This document shows, one piece after another, positions 22,548 to 33,441 of a stretch of DNA of 64,000 nucleotides (position 1 is the first letter of the stretch; each line of letters starts with the position of its first letter). The position numbers and the translations under genes are program-made. The notes beneath the pieces were generated by a model. That model was not told the origin of the DNA. It saw only the letters and a list, made by a program, of their open reading frames with translations, and ran no database searches. The stretch is taken from the NCBI GenBank assembly GCA_965198175.1, contig OZ240245.1:896001-960000 (forward strand), given 5' to 3'. The DNA is from Candidatus Poribacteria bacterium. Lineage in GTDB: Bacteria; Poribacteria; WGA-4E; PCPOR2b.

Positions 22548-22948
22548 ACTCCTTTCGTAGTTCTTGGTATTGCTGAGCCGTATTATGACTCATAACATCG
22601 CCGTTTTGCCAGCCCGATTTCCACCTTAATGTACTGTCTAGTTTTTGGGGGTAATTTCAGTGATTTCTTCTTAGCTCACTCAAGTCACTACGTATTGAAA
22701 ATGGGATGTTTTAGGTGTTCTTGATGTTCTTCGCATATAACTGTTCGGATATGGCATACCAAAGTAGATCCATCCCAAGATGTTCATCTGCACACTCTAT
22801 TCTACATGGTAATTCGGATTAGCTTGGTAGAAAACAGCCCCGCTTCAGGTTTGACGCGGTTTTTGCTCACCCCTTGTATTTATAACCCCGGCAACCTGTA
22901 GCGGACATGAGCATCGGAGACAATCTAAGAACTTCAGGAAGGAATAAC

Positions 22949-23218
22949 ATGACGACAAAGGATAATAAACGTGCGTATTGGAGGAAAAACCTGCAATACC
23001 TAAGCATCTTACTATCTGTGTGGTTTATTGTATCCTACGGCTGCGCGATTCTGTTTGTTGACCTTCTGGATAGAGTCAAAATTGGTGGTTTTCGCCTCGG
23101 ATTCTGGTTGGCTCAACAAGGATCAATTTATGTTTTTGTTGTGCTGATTTTCATCTATGTTTATCTGATGAATCGCCTCGATAAAAAGCACGGCGTGGAC
23201 GAAAGCAATCGGGAGTAA
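22949..23218 (+). CDS. DUF4212/YjcH-like small membrane partner of ActP
   Basis: YWRKNL, GFWLAQQGSIYVF; directly upstream of the SSF permease. Confidence 0.85.
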   Translation: MTTKDNKRAYWRKNLQYLSILLSVWFIVSYGCAILFVDLLDRVKIGGFRLGFWLAQQGSIYVFVVLIFIYVYLMNRLDKKHGVDESNRE

Positions 23219-23220
23219 GC

Positions 23221-24918
23221 ATGAACGTACAGGCTTGGACATTCGTGATGGTCGGTCTATCGTTTGCACTCTACATCGGCGTGGCGATCAGGTCGAAGGC
23301 TAGTTCCACCGGCGAATTCTACGTCGCAAGCAGCAATGTGCCGCCAGTCCTAAACGGCATGGCGACCGCGGCGGATTGGATGAGCGCAGCATCATTCATT
23401 TCAATGGCAGGTCTTATCTCCTTCATGGGGCGGGACGGCGCGGTTTATCTCATGGGTTGGACAGGCGGGTATGTCTTACTAGCACTACTCTTGGCGCCTT
23501 ATCTGCGCAAGTTTGGCAAGTATACCGTTCCAGACTTTGTTGGTGACCGGTATTACTCGCAAACTGCGCGATTTGTCGCTATCATCTGTGCGATATTCGT
23601 TTCGTTTACATATGTCGCAGGACAGATGCGCGGCGTCGGCATCGTCTTTTCACGGTTTCTGAACGTCGATGTCAACGTGGGTGTGCTTATCGGCATGAGC
23701 ATTGTGTTCTTTTACGCAGTATTGGGCGGAATGAAGGGCATTACTTACACACAGGTTGCGCAATATTGTGTGTTGATTTTCGCCTTCCTTGTACCGGCGA
23801 TTTTTATTTCCCTCCTGATGACAGGAAATATTGTTCCTCAAATCGGTTTCGGCGGGACACTAGCTGACGGTTCAGGTGAATACCTACTCGACAGACTCAA
23901 TGGATTGAGCAATGAACTCGGCTTCGACGCATATACCGATGGACGCAAGGCTACAATTGATGTCTTCTTTATCACCGCAGCACTGATGATTGGCACCGCA
24001 GGTCTGCCGCATGTTATCGTGCGTTTTTACACTGTGCCGCGCGTTGCCGCAGCGCGCAGCTCTGCTGGGTGGGCGTTGCTGTTCATTGCGATTCTTTATA
24101 CAACCGCTCCTGCTGTAGCTGCATTTGCCCGAACAAATCTGCTGACTACGATGTCAAATGTAAACTATGAAGACACTCCAGACTGGTTTAAGAAGTGGGA
24201 AACTACGGGGCTAATCCAATTCGACGACAAGAACAAGGACGGTATCATTCAATATCGTGGACCGAAATCGAACATCGCAAACGAACTAACAATTGACCGA
24301 GACATCATGGTGCTTGCCAATCCCGAAATTGCCAAATTGCCGAACTGGATTGTTGGTCTTGTCGCAGCAGGTGGATTGGCAGCCGCACTCTCGACAGCGG
24401 CGGGACTACTACTAGTAATCTCCACATCAATTGCACACGACCTATTGAGAAAAGAACTAATGCCAACCATCAGTGAGAAAGGGGAGTTGATTGCAGCGCG
24501 CATTGCAGCAGGAATCGCGGTGTGTATTGCTGGGTTCTTCGGCATGAATCCACCGGGCTTCGTCGCACAGGTGGTCGCTTTCGCATTTGGGCTGGCTGCG
24601 GCATCATTCTTCCCCGCTATCACCATGGGAATTTTTTCAAAACGTATGAACAAATTTGGCGCTATCAGCGGAATGATTGTTGGTATCACCTTTACCGCAA
24701 CTTACATAATTTACTTTAAGTTCATTCAGCCCGAACACAACACCGCAGAACACTGGTGGCTAGGCATATCGCCCGAGGGAATCGGGACGCTCGGCATGGT
24801 GCTGAATTTCTTGGTGGCGGGTATTGTCTCTTTAGCGACCCCTGCGCCGCCGCGCGATATTCAGGAACTTGTCGACGAAATTCGCATGCCTCAAGATTCA
24901 AACTCTACGCTTCTCTGA
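23221..24918 (+). CDS. actP: cation/acetate symporter (sodium:solute symporter family)
   Basis: NGMATAADWMSAASF, GGMKGITYTQ, GTAGLPHVIVRFYT. Confidence 0.88.
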   Translation: MNVQAWTFVMVGLSFALYIGVAIRSKASSTGEFYVASSNVPPVLNGMATAADWMSAASFISMAGLISFMGRDGAVYLMGWTGGYVLLALLLAPYLRKFGKYTVPDFVGDRYYSQTARFVAIICAIFVSFTYVAGQMRGVGIVFSRFLNVDVNVGVLIGMSIVFFYAVLGGMKGITYTQVAQYCVLIFAFLVPAIFISLLMTGNIVPQIGFGGTLADGSGEYLLDRLNGLSNELGFDAYTDGRKATIDVFFITAALMIGTAGLPHVIVRFYTVPRVAAARSSAGWALLFIAILYTTAPAVAAFARTNLLTTMSNVNYEDTPDWFKKWETTGLIQFDDKNKDGIIQYRGPKSNIANELTIDRDIMVLANPEIAKLPNWIVGLVAAGGLAAALSTAAGLLLVISTSIAHDLLRKELMPTISEKGELIAARIAAGIAVCIAGFFGMNPPGFVAQVVAFAFGLAAASFFPAITMGIFSKRMNKFGAISGMIVGITFTATYIIYFKFIQPEHNTAEHWWLGISPEGIGTLGMVLNFLVAGIVSLATPAPPRDIQELVDEIRMPQDSNSTLL

Positions 24919-24989
24919 GTTTGTGACTTTGGATGAAATTATCTAACTTTTCAAAATGACGCTTAAAGCTTCCCCGATGAATAGGACTG

Positions 24990-25643
24990 TTGTGGTCTCC
25001 CTGTTGTAAGGAGGTTTATGAGATGAAGCGGCTAAACCTGAAATTAATCAGTATTCTCACCCTAAGTATATTACTGGCGTTGGGATTGCTCCAGATCGAT
25101 GCAATCGGCAACTTGCATCCGATTCTCCGGTCCATCGCTGCATCAATTCAATGGATGGTGGGTTGGATACTAGGTCCAGATTCATCGGATGCGCAACGAA
25201 TCATTGTGATAGGTAAACAAGGCGAATTCCTCGACGCTAACCGCGCGCAGAGCCGACCCTCACTGCCGTTTAAACCGGCGTTGCCGCGAAACCATACAGG
25301 TATGGGTGTGGACAAAAGTGAGACATCAATGATGGAATTTTTGAAAAGAGATTTTGGTTATTCGCCCCAAGACACGACAAATGAGTCGGCGGATTCCCAG
25401 ACACATCAATTCTTACAAGAATTAGCGGCGCCCGAGGATCCAGTGACAAACCTATTTCCCGAAAATGAGGTTGAATTTGACGACCACGATTTGGAAAATA
25501 TCTTGACGAACGAAAATGGCGAGAACAATACAGATGCGGCGCTAAACGCAGAAGTTGTTGCCCCCCTGTTGGATGTAATCAGAACCGACCTTGAGGAAAA
25601 ATTGGAATTGGATTCTCTTGATGAGGTTATGCAAGAAGAGTAG
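24990..25643 (+). CDS. hypothetical exported acidic protein (likely start ATG 25023)
   Basis: AAGGAGG SD, signal-like MKRLNLK..., acidic C-terminus. Confidence 0.6.
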   Translation: MWSPCCKEVYEMKRLNLKLISILTLSILLALGLLQIDAIGNLHPILRSIAASIQWMVGWILGPDSSDAQRIIVIGKQGEFLDANRAQSRPSLPFKPALPRNHTGMGVDKSETSMMEFLKRDFGYSPQDTTNESADSQTHQFLQELAAPEDPVTNLFPENEVEFDDHDLENILTNENGENNTDAALNAEVVAPLLDVIRTDLEEKLELDSLDEVMQEE

Positions 25644-26063
25644 ACGGCGTTTCTATAGATTTTATCGTCACCTCATCCGAAAGAGAGACAGGAGGATGGT
25701 CGGTTTTGAGCGAACGAAACCTCAAAATAGGAGGGTACTCACCGTTTATTTCTTTGACCGCTCCCCAAGTCGTGTGCAGCTTGTTCTCGGGTGTTACGCT
25801 CTGCCCGACAAGAGGTGTTTTCCAATCCGGCGAACGTGTGCATTTCTGAGAAATAGTGTGACGCCTCCCCCGCTCAACCCAGTTACGTAGAAGTTTCCAG
25901 AATTTCCGCGGTTAAAAAGGATTCTTTCCCCATCCGGCGACCACGAAATACGTGCTTAATGGATTACGCTCGAAAATCCTGTTTTCATCGAACTCAATTT
26001 TTTGGTACGGGGGAGGGTGCAAAATTCCGGAGTAATGACGAACACATCCAAATCCTTCGAAAA

Positions 26064-26624
26064 TCAAGTATCTGGCTCGCTTTTTGTGTCCGTAAGAAGC
26101 TTGATTCGGACGGCGTTCTTGTAGGCTGTCACAGCCTCCTGACGTTTTCCTTGCGCTGTGTAGACAGAACCTAGCCGAGAATACACTTCGGCGTTATTCG
26201 GTGCAAGGGCAATCGATCGTTGGTAAGACCCGACTGCGTCGTCATATCGTTCTTGCAATTGATAAACAATTCCTAAATTGAGGTGTATCATTGGATCGCT
26301 CGGTTCGCACATGATTGCTCGTTTGTATGAAGCCGATGCCTCTTCGTAATCTCCAACCATAAAATATGTCAATCCGAGATAGAAATGTCCTTCTGCGGAC
26401 TCTCGATTGTGTTGTAATGCTTGTTGAAATTCCCCAATTGCCCGCTGGTAATCTTTGGTGTTAAGTGCATCTATCGCTTGACTCAGGTGCTTCGCCGCCG
26501 CCCCATAAGACTGCGCGTGTTCCCGACCGCGCTGTATCACACTGTCACGGGGCATACCTTTATCAATTTGAACATCAGTGGTGATTAAAGCGTGATCTGG
26601 ATTGTCTTTGTGGCTGTTTTTCAT
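26064..26624 (-). CDS. TPR-repeat protein
   Basis: repeated YLG/NLG/RLG..Y...A...Y.RA TPR units. Confidence 0.85.
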   Translation of the reverse strand: MKNSHKDNPDHALITTDVQIDKGMPRDSVIQRGREHAQSYGAAAKHLSQAIDALNTKDYQRAIGEFQQALQHNRESAEGHFYLGLTYFMVGDYEEASASYKRAIMCEPSDPMIHLNLGIVYQLQERYDDAVGSYQRSIALAPNNAEVYSRLGSVYTAQGKRQEAVTAYKNAVRIKLLTDTKSEPDT

Positions 26625-26746
26625 GTCAGGTTGTCGGCAAAACTCATTAGGTGGCTCAAGAGACTACTTCGAGACGCCTCAATAGAAAGTAAAGATGAAA
26701 TCACCCGGAAAAATTCGTTATTTATAGATATGTTCAGCCTCGTCCT

Positions 26747-27871
26747 TTACGCCTCAATAATCTCCACATTTGCGCGTGGAAGGGTGATGCGGGCGCCATC
26801 CTCCAATTCAACTTCCAATACCCGCACGTGTGCTTCGGTTTCAAGCTGTTGAAGCTCGACTGGCAAGGCGGAAACACGACCAAGTTCCCCAAAGTAGGGT
26901 TCACGGATGATGCGAACTGGGGTATCGACTTCGAGCACGCTGCTTGCAACTGCAGTTTCCACGGATTGTTCACGCTGTTCAAATGGAATGACAATTTCAG
27001 GACGCACGACTCCGGCTCGAATCTGCGTTGCACCGTTGATTGAGGCTTGCATACCATCCTGATCCTTGAGTAGATTGAATGTACGCTCTGCCATGCTAAT
27101 TTGCCCAAAACCTTCCGTAACGATAACCGTAATCCCGAGTTCTTCGGATCCCGTGATTACGACGCCGAGTTCGTAACCCAAGAACTTCCGGAGATCGCTG
27201 TCGTTAATTCCACCCGCGACGACTCCTTTTACTCCTTGCCGCACGGCTTCCTGTAGCGTGTCATTCCCAACGATAGAACCACCGACGAGGATTTTGTCCC
27301 GATGTGCGGACTGAATGGCGTCCGGTGTCAATGGCGCATCGGGCGAATCAACAACTACTTCCAACACGCCTACGGCTTCTCGTCCAACACCGAAAATCCC
27401 TTGAATGTACGTCCCATAGGCTTCTACAACGACTCCTTTTTCAGGGATAACCTCGATAATCGAGCCATCAATATACGCCTTAATTGCAACGGGAATCGGT
27501 GGTTCACGCATAATCACTTGCCCAGTAACATCGGAGATGGTCTCGATTGTTCCATCAATCGGAGAACGCGCCTGGGATTTGAACAGACCGAAAACCCCCT
27601 TTGTCATTGCGATAGTTTCGTCTTTTGCAACGGCTTCCCCATCCGTTTTTTGCATATAATCTCTCACGTCTTCGGGCGGAATACTCAGGAGATTTGCGAC
27701 GTTCACCAGTTGGACATTCCCCGGTCGGTTAGTTTTTGCAACAACATCTTCCGACCGGACTCTATCGCCCTCCTGCACGAGCACCTCGCCTTTGAGCGGC
27801 AGCCTACGCTCTTTCCTAATCGTCATACCTGTTGTAACTTTGAGACCGGGGGTATACGCGTATGCCATCAA
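26747..27871 (-). CDS. conserved hypothetical protein with barrel-sandwich-like repeats and C-terminal KOW-like motif
   Basis: AYTPGL, GEVLVQEGD, SPIDGTI, GATQIRAGVVRPE, VRIIREPYFG. Confidence 0.75.
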   Translation of the reverse strand: MMAYAYTPGLKVTTGMTIRKERRLPLKGEVLVQEGDRVRSEDVVAKTNRPGNVQLVNVANLLSIPPEDVRDYMQKTDGEAVAKDETIAMTKGVFGLFKSQARSPIDGTIETISDVTGQVIMREPPIPVAIKAYIDGSIIEVIPEKGVVVEAYGTYIQGIFGVGREAVGVLEVVVDSPDAPLTPDAIQSAHRDKILVGGSIVGNDTLQEAVRQGVKGVVAGGINDSDLRKFLGYELGVVITGSEELGITVIVTEGFGQISMAERTFNLLKDQDGMQASINGATQIRAGVVRPEIVIPFEQREQSVETAVASSVLEVDTPVRIIREPYFGELGRVSALPVELQQLETEAHVRVLEVELEDGARITLPRANVEIIEA

Positions 27872-28207
27872 TCATTCCTCTGAATGCTTGGCTATGAGAC
27901 TTGATAATTGACCAGTTATATGGAACTGTGTATGATAACAAATCCCCTTTCAATACATTGGGGGAAAAGTCGCTAACTGTATTCACAGGGAATTGAGAAA
28001 TTAAAGGTGTAACTTTTGGGTTGCCCGCAAGGTAAATCTCAAAGAGCTTAAAGTTGAAAGACAAGACGCACTATCACAAATTCGCAAAAGACCTTCTCCA
28101 ACTCCTGAACTCCGGTCCGTTGCCTCCACTGATTTCGCTCCGATCATTATAGCACGAAAAACTAGAAAAGTCTTTGACAAATTTCGCTTGAAATATCATT
28201 TATCGCT

Positions 28208-28876
28208 CTAACCTATCTTGAGAAGAGAGGGGGGATGAGGGCACTGCTGAAACAGCACACACGCAGTGCACTGCGGTGTTTTGCGGCATGTTCTCTTACC
28301 ATGACGCACGATTAAGGCGTGATATTCGTTAAACAAGTTGCTATCCTTTGGTAAAGCGTCCATGAAGATTTTTTGAAGTTTTCCGTAGTGGTATTTTCCC
28401 TCGGTCCATCCTAGCCGTGTGAGTAGGCGGTATGTATACGCATCGACCACAAAGATTGGCTTGCCAGCCGCATAAAGCAGAATCGAGTCCGCGGTCTCCT
28501 CTCCAATTCCATAAATCGAAAGCATCTCTTCCCGCAACGTCCGCAGGTCTCTTGCCAACAATGAGTCTAAACAATTCCCATAATGATGTCGTAGATGTTC
28601 TAGAAACGCTTGAATCTTCTTAGCCTTGGCACGGTAATACCCCGATGGACGGATGAGCGACTCTAGCATATCCTGGGGGCATTTGCTTAACCGTTCGGGT
28701 GTGAGAAGCTCAGCGGTTTTGAGATTCTTGATTGCCTGAGCAACATTCTTCCAAGCGGTCGATTGTACCAGAATCGCCCCAATAATCATTTCAAACGGCG
28801 TTTCCGCAGGCCACCAATTTTGCGGGCCGTACGCGGCATAGAGGCTATCATATAGTTCAAGTAATTTCTCACGCAT
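28208..28876 (-). CDS. HhH-GPD endonuclease III-related DNA glycosylase
   Basis: GPQNWWP, GIGEETADSILLY, VVDAY, C-terminal 4-Cys FeS motif. Confidence 0.92.
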   Translation of the reverse strand: MREKLLELYDSLYAAYGPQNWWPAETPFEMIIGAILVQSTAWKNVAQAIKNLKTAELLTPERLSKCPQDMLESLIRPSGYYRAKAKKIQAFLEHLRHHYGNCLDSLLARDLRTLREEMLSIYGIGEETADSILLYAAGKPIFVVDAYTYRLLTRLGWTEGKYHYGKLQKIFMDALPKDSNLFNEYHALIVRHGKRTCRKTPQCTACVLFQQCPHPPSLLKIG

Positions 28877-29206
28877 GGTTTGACAAAATTCACTACTGGT
28901 ACCTAAGGATACAAAATTACCTTAGCCGAATCAGAATCGAAGTGGCGTTTTTTCTGATGCAGAGTTAATCTCCGAAAATAACGCTCTCTTTCGCCGCCAC
29001 ACCGAATTTGACGGATTCACATCGAAACGGGTTTATTCAACGCCTGCCCAAACGATGCACTTAAAAACTGGGAGTCTCACAACCTCCTTGACCGGTTGGG
29101 TTCCCTTCGACTTTGGGCTTGATCTCCAACTAGCTGTGAGTTATAATTGAGTTGAATCTCCCATCCAAACACAAATGCCACGCTCGAATTACTGAAGGAG
29201 AACACC

Positions 29207-29800
29207 ATGGGTTCAGAATATTCATTGACAATTGCTGCGTTTGTTAAAGAACTCGAAGCGCGTCGTCCGCTCCCGCCGCTCGTCCCTCAAAATGATTGGA
29301 ATAGCGACCTAACAAATCGCATTCAGGAAGTTACCGTAGATGAACTCTTTGATGGTCAATTAGTTAAAGACGAGTCATTCGGCGCCTCTGTGAAGAGTGG
29401 ATTGCTGCTCTGGAACGATGCCTTGGACGTTTCACACAGAATCTCACAGAATATCGACAGTCAAACCGGCAGCTATTGGCACGGTATCATGCACCGTCGT
29501 GAGCCTGACTATAGCAACGCCAAATACTGGTTCCGTCGTGTTGGGGCTCATGTCACTTTTCCGGCGCTTCGTGAACGGGTCTTAGCGTTGCTAGAAGAGC
29601 GTTTGTGCCAAGCGACCAAACTCGCCGATTATACAACGGATGTCCAGCAGAAGACAGACTGGGATGCCTTTCAGTTCGTCGATTGGTGTCAGGATGCAGC
29701 GAGAGCGTCAGATGACAATTTGGTGGATTTCCTACAAGCAGCACAAGTCGAAGAGATTAAGTTGCTGTTCGATTACTCTTATCGCCGTGCGCTCACTTGA
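29207..29800 (+). CDS. conserved hypothetical protein
   Basis: SHRISQ, SYWHGIMHRREPDYSNAKYWF; AAGGAG SD. Confidence 0.8.
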   Translation: MGSEYSLTIAAFVKELEARRPLPPLVPQNDWNSDLTNRIQEVTVDELFDGQLVKDESFGASVKSGLLLWNDALDVSHRISQNIDSQTGSYWHGIMHRREPDYSNAKYWFRRVGAHVTFPALRERVLALLEERLCQATKLADYTTDVQQKTDWDAFQFVDWCQDAARASDDNLVDFLQAAQVEEIKLLFDYSYRRALT

Positions 29801-29948
29801 ACGCCCAACTGCCAGCACACACCGGGATGTAAAATATTGGGATTCGCTCTCGGGCCATTTTTCTCGTGGTAACCGTCAATTGGTTGTTCTTGTTAACGAC
29901 AATGTCAGAATTCCAGCTATTGAAGAATGTAGAAGGAGATTTCATCGA

Positions 29949-30545
29949 ATGAACCGTTACATCGCCATTATCCTTTGTTTTTCTCTTGTCGTGCTATTGG
30001 GCTGTTCCGACGAACAAGCATTTGACACGGAGGCTGCCCGAAAAAACCAAGCGTTGGGCTGGACTGCCTACAAGGAAGGCGATTTTTCCGCTGCACTCTT
30101 GAGTTTTGAGCGTGCGGTCAATCTAGATGCGTCCCTTGCGGATGCGCACAACGGCTTGGGTTGGAGTCACCTAAGCGCATCGCGGACTTCTTCAGTGAAT
30201 CCTCAAATTGTCGCAAAGGCGCAAGACGCTTTCGAGGAAGCTATACGTCTCGACGTGTCAAATGCAGATGCGTGGATCGGGTTAGCAAACACGCTTTTTC
30301 TTCGTCGTGAAAACGCCTCCGACTTTCAAACCGCGCTGCTCGCAATCAATAATGCGGTGAAAGCGAATCACACCTTTCTCTTTCGTCATGATTATCAGTC
30401 AATCGCAGATCTCCACGCGCTCAAAGCCGCTTGTTATTACTATCTGGGAGAAAAAGCGCTTGCTATAACGTCGGTCGAAACCTCCATTCAGGTCGAACCC
30501 CAGAATGTGGCTGCCTTGTCACTTCGACGTCTGTTGGAATTCTAG
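29949..30545 (+). CDS. TPR lipoprotein
   Basis: AGGAG SD, lipobox LLGC, TPR motifs (AHNGLGW, AWIGLA). Confidence 0.8.
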   Translation: MNRYIAIILCFSLVVLLGCSDEQAFDTEAARKNQALGWTAYKEGDFSAALLSFERAVNLDASLADAHNGLGWSHLSASRTSSVNPQIVAKAQDAFEEAIRLDVSNADAWIGLANTLFLRRENASDFQTALLAINNAVKANHTFLFRHDYQSIADLHALKAACYYYLGEKALAITSVETSIQVEPQNVAALSLRRLLEF

Positions 30546-30604
30546 GCGATGTGAGTTGTTCGAATCATAGAAGCGAGGATGGTTCATTACGTTGATAACT
30601 TGGG

Positions 30605-30633
30605 TTGACGAGGGTTGATAGAAGTGTTACAAT
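30605..30633 (+). promoter_or_regulatory. sigma70-like promoter of mqnC-purC
   Basis: TTGACG-N17-TACAAT with extended -10 TG. Confidence 0.65.
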
Positions 30634-30744
30634 AAAACAATGGAAACACTGACGGGCAGAGGAGCGATCCCGCATCACCGAAAAGTGTCTGCGTAGCTCC
30701 TATGCTTGTGAAATGCGAAAAATGAAACGAAGGAACCAGTCATT

Positions 30745-31812
30745 ATGGATGCGACCATTCAGCCGATTTTGGAAAAAGCATTAGCCGGGGAACGCTTGGA
30801 CTTTGACGACGGTTTAACGCTTTTTAAGAGTTTCGATATATTGTCGATTGGTAGTGCAGCCGACACCATCCGCCAACGGAATCACCCAGAGGGTTACATC
30901 ACCTACATCGTCGATCGCAATATCAACTACACCAATTGGTGTTACGTGGATTGCGAATTCTGCGGTTTCTATCGCCATAAAAGTGACCCTGACGCTTATG
31001 TGATGTCCAAGGCGGAGTTGGGCAATAAGATTCAAGAGACAATCGATTTGGGCGGTGTTCTCATCCTGATGCAGGGCGGTTTACACCCTAAACTGAAACT
31101 TGACTGGTACGAAGATTACCTCCAATGGATTAAGGCAAATTATAACATCCACATTCACGGCTTCTCACCACCGGAAATTGACTGGTTTGCTAAGATTAAC
31201 CGGCTCTCGCTCAAGGAGACGTTAATCCGGCTACGCGATGCAGGTTTGGACTCAATCCCAGGCGGTGGCGGGGAGATTTTAACCGATCATGCCAGAAACG
31301 AAATCAGTCCGAAAAAATGCACGGCCGACGAGTGGTTGGAGGTGATGCGCCAAGGGCATTATGTCGGGCTGAAATCAAGCGCGACGATGATGTACGGACA
31401 TGTCGAAAGTTACGCCGAGCGCGTGGAGCATCTCATCCGCTTGAGAGAACTGCAAGATGAGACGCGCGGTTTCACCGCTTTTATCTGCTGGTCGCTTCAG
31501 CCAAATAACACCCGCCTCGAACATATGCCGCCCGCCGGAAGTTTTGAATATCTTAAAACATTAGCCATTTCCCGCCTGATGCTTGACAATTTTGACAACT
31601 TCCAGTCTTCATGGGTGACCCAAGGACCAAAAATTGGTCAATTATCCCTCAAATTCGGCGCGAATGACATGGGCGGCACCATGATCGAAGAGAATGTTGT
31701 GAGCCAAGCGGGAACGGTTTACTGCATGTCCATCGAAGAAATCGAGCGCACGATTGCCGAGTTTGGATTTGTCCCAAAACGGCGGAATTTTTTCTATGAG
31801 ATTCTTAACTAA
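30745..31812 (+). CDS. mqnC: cyclic dehypoxanthinyl futalosine synthase (radical SAM)
   Basis: DRNINYTNWCYVDCEFC, LMQGG, SIPGGGGEIL, SWVTQG, GANDMGGTMIEENVV. Confidence 0.92.
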   Translation: MDATIQPILEKALAGERLDFDDGLTLFKSFDILSIGSAADTIRQRNHPEGYITYIVDRNINYTNWCYVDCEFCGFYRHKSDPDAYVMSKAELGNKIQETIDLGGVLILMQGGLHPKLKLDWYEDYLQWIKANYNIHIHGFSPPEIDWFAKINRLSLKETLIRLRDAGLDSIPGGGGEILTDHARNEISPKKCTADEWLEVMRQGHYVGLKSSATMMYGHVESYAERVEHLIRLRELQDETRGFTAFICWSLQPNNTRLEHMPPAGSFEYLKTLAISRLMLDNFDNFQSSWVTQGPKIGQLSLKFGANDMGGTMIEENVVSQAGTVYCMSIEEIERTIAEFGFVPKRRNFFYEILN

Positions 31813-31915
31813 CCTCCCTCTGCCCCCATAGTTAAGCTCCCTCACTTGTTCCAATCTTCTTACACAAATCAGAACCACAATCTATACCTGGATTAATAGA
31901 ATTCGGGAGTGATTC

Positions 31916-32812
31916 ATGTCAAAAAGCATTGTTGCAGAAACACATTTAGCAGACCTAAAGCTCCTCCATAGGGGTAAGGTTCGAGATCTCTACGATCTGG
32001 ACAATCAGCTGTTAATCGTCTCAACCGACCGGATTTCGGCGTTTGATTACGTACTGCCGAACGGCATTCCTTACAAGGGACGTGTCTTAACCGCACTTTC
32101 GGAGTTCTGGTTTGATTACACAAAATCGATTGTCGATAATCATCTGATTACGACAGATGTCGCACTGTACCCTGATAATGTGCGGACCCATGCAGACTCG
32201 ATTAAAGGGCGTTCCATGCTCGTTCATAAAGCCAATCGGATAGACATCGAATGCGTGGTGCGCGGGTATATCGCCGGTTCCGCATGGACGGAGTACAAAA
32301 AAGAGGGAACGGTGTGCGGGGCAAAGCTGCCCGAAGGGTTGCAGGAATCCGATCGCTTGTCTGAACTAATCTTTACACCCGCCACAAAGGCTGAGTACGG
32401 GGAGCATGATGAGAACATTTCAATTGCTCAGATGGAGGGTATCATTGGAGTGGATTTGGCGGAACGCATTATCCAAACAAGTGTTGCTCTGTTCAAAGCG
32501 GCAAGCGAGCGGGCTGTAGAAGTCGGGCTGATTCTTTGCGACACGAAATTTGAGTTTGGTCTACTTGACGAGAAACTCATCCTCATCGACGAAGTCTTTA
32601 CCCCTGATTCCTCCCGTTTCTGGCCCAAAGATGAGTATGAACCGGGCAGATCGCAGCGCAGCTTCGATAAACAGTACGTGCGCGACTATCTCAATGAGAT
32701 CGGCTGGAATAAACAGCCGCCTGTCCCTGAACTGCCGGAAGAAGTGATCCAGAAAACAAGTGAAAAATATCTGGACGTGTATCGCCTGATTGTTGGAGAG
32801 GATTTGGTGTAA
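31916..32812 (+). CDS. purC: SAICAR synthase
   Basis: RGKVRDLY, DRISAFD, ECVVRGY, DTKFEFG, TPDSSRFW, DKQYVRD. Confidence 0.97.
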   Translation: MSKSIVAETHLADLKLLHRGKVRDLYDLDNQLLIVSTDRISAFDYVLPNGIPYKGRVLTALSEFWFDYTKSIVDNHLITTDVALYPDNVRTHADSIKGRSMLVHKANRIDIECVVRGYIAGSAWTEYKKEGTVCGAKLPEGLQESDRLSELIFTPATKAEYGEHDENISIAQMEGIIGVDLAERIIQTSVALFKAASERAVEVGLILCDTKFEFGLLDEKLILIDEVFTPDSSRFWPKDEYEPGRSQRSFDKQYVRDYLNEIGWNKQPPVPELPEEVIQKTSEKYLDVYRLIVGEDLV

Positions 32813-32874
32813 TGAATAACGGGACAGGGTGGATCGTGAAAGCGAAGGATACGCAACACGTAGTACGGACTACA

Positions 32875-33378
32875 TTACTCCACGCTGAAAAAAATGCTCC
32901 GCTCAAATAGTCCATCTAAAAAGATGTCTACTGACCATTCGCCGTCGGGGAATCCACCAGAGGGGCGGTCAATAAAGAACCATGTAATCTGATCGCCGAT
33001 TGAGGAAGTGAAGGACTCATCGTCCTCTCGAAATGGTGGGTCGTCCAAATCTTGCGCTGGTGAATACCAACTCACTTCAGCGGTATGCCTCCCCTCGACA
33101 GCCGCCCAATAAATCCATAGGTAGACACTATCGCTTGACTCGAAAAAGGTATCGGTGATGCCAACTGGACGATCATCAATGAGATCTACAGCGAGGACAG
33201 CGTCCAAAATCGCAGGTTCCCCTCTGAGAAGATCCAGTGATCCGCTGCCACCCGATGGCGAACTATCGCACCCGCCGAGAATGATACCGCCTAGAAACAC
33301 GAATAAGTAGAACCTAATCTGAGATTTATCCCTCATTCCATTTTCACCTAAAGTCGTTATATCTGCGTTCCGTAGCAC
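32875..33378 (-). CDS. hypothetical lipoprotein with beta-rich domain
   Basis: lipobox LGGC; G.WSVDIFLDG C-terminus. Confidence 0.65.
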   Translation of the reverse strand: MLRNADITTLGENGMRDKSQIRFYLFVFLGGIILGGCDSSPSGGSGSLDLLRGEPAILDAVLAVDLIDDRPVGITDTFFESSDSVYLWIYWAAVEGRHTAEVSWYSPAQDLDDPPFREDDESFTSSIGDQITWFFIDRPSGGFPDGEWSVDIFLDGLFERSIFFSVE

Positions 33379-33441
33379 ACCTTATTAATCATAACCCAAA
33401 CAACTCGCCCCTGTCAACTGAAATGTTTCTGCGACGACGAA

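Larger units (their letters stand above)
21348..22659 (-). mobile_element. IS3-family insertion sequence, 1312 bp
   Basis: Terminal IRs TGAACTTACCCCCAATGTTTAGACAGT / TGAAATTACCCCCAAAAACTAGACAGT; 4-bp target duplication GTGA (21344-47, 22660-63); orfA/orfB. Confidence 0.93.

Noticed and set aside
21174..22810. Gene interrupted by the IS3
   Set aside because: Joining the flanks by hand gave no convincing long ORF or motif.
29640..29948. Long N-terminal extension of the TPR ORF (likewise 52616-52795 and 38078-38248)
   Set aside because: These overlap upstream genes or intergenic DNA; downstream ATGs give more plausible starts, most with a recognisable SD.
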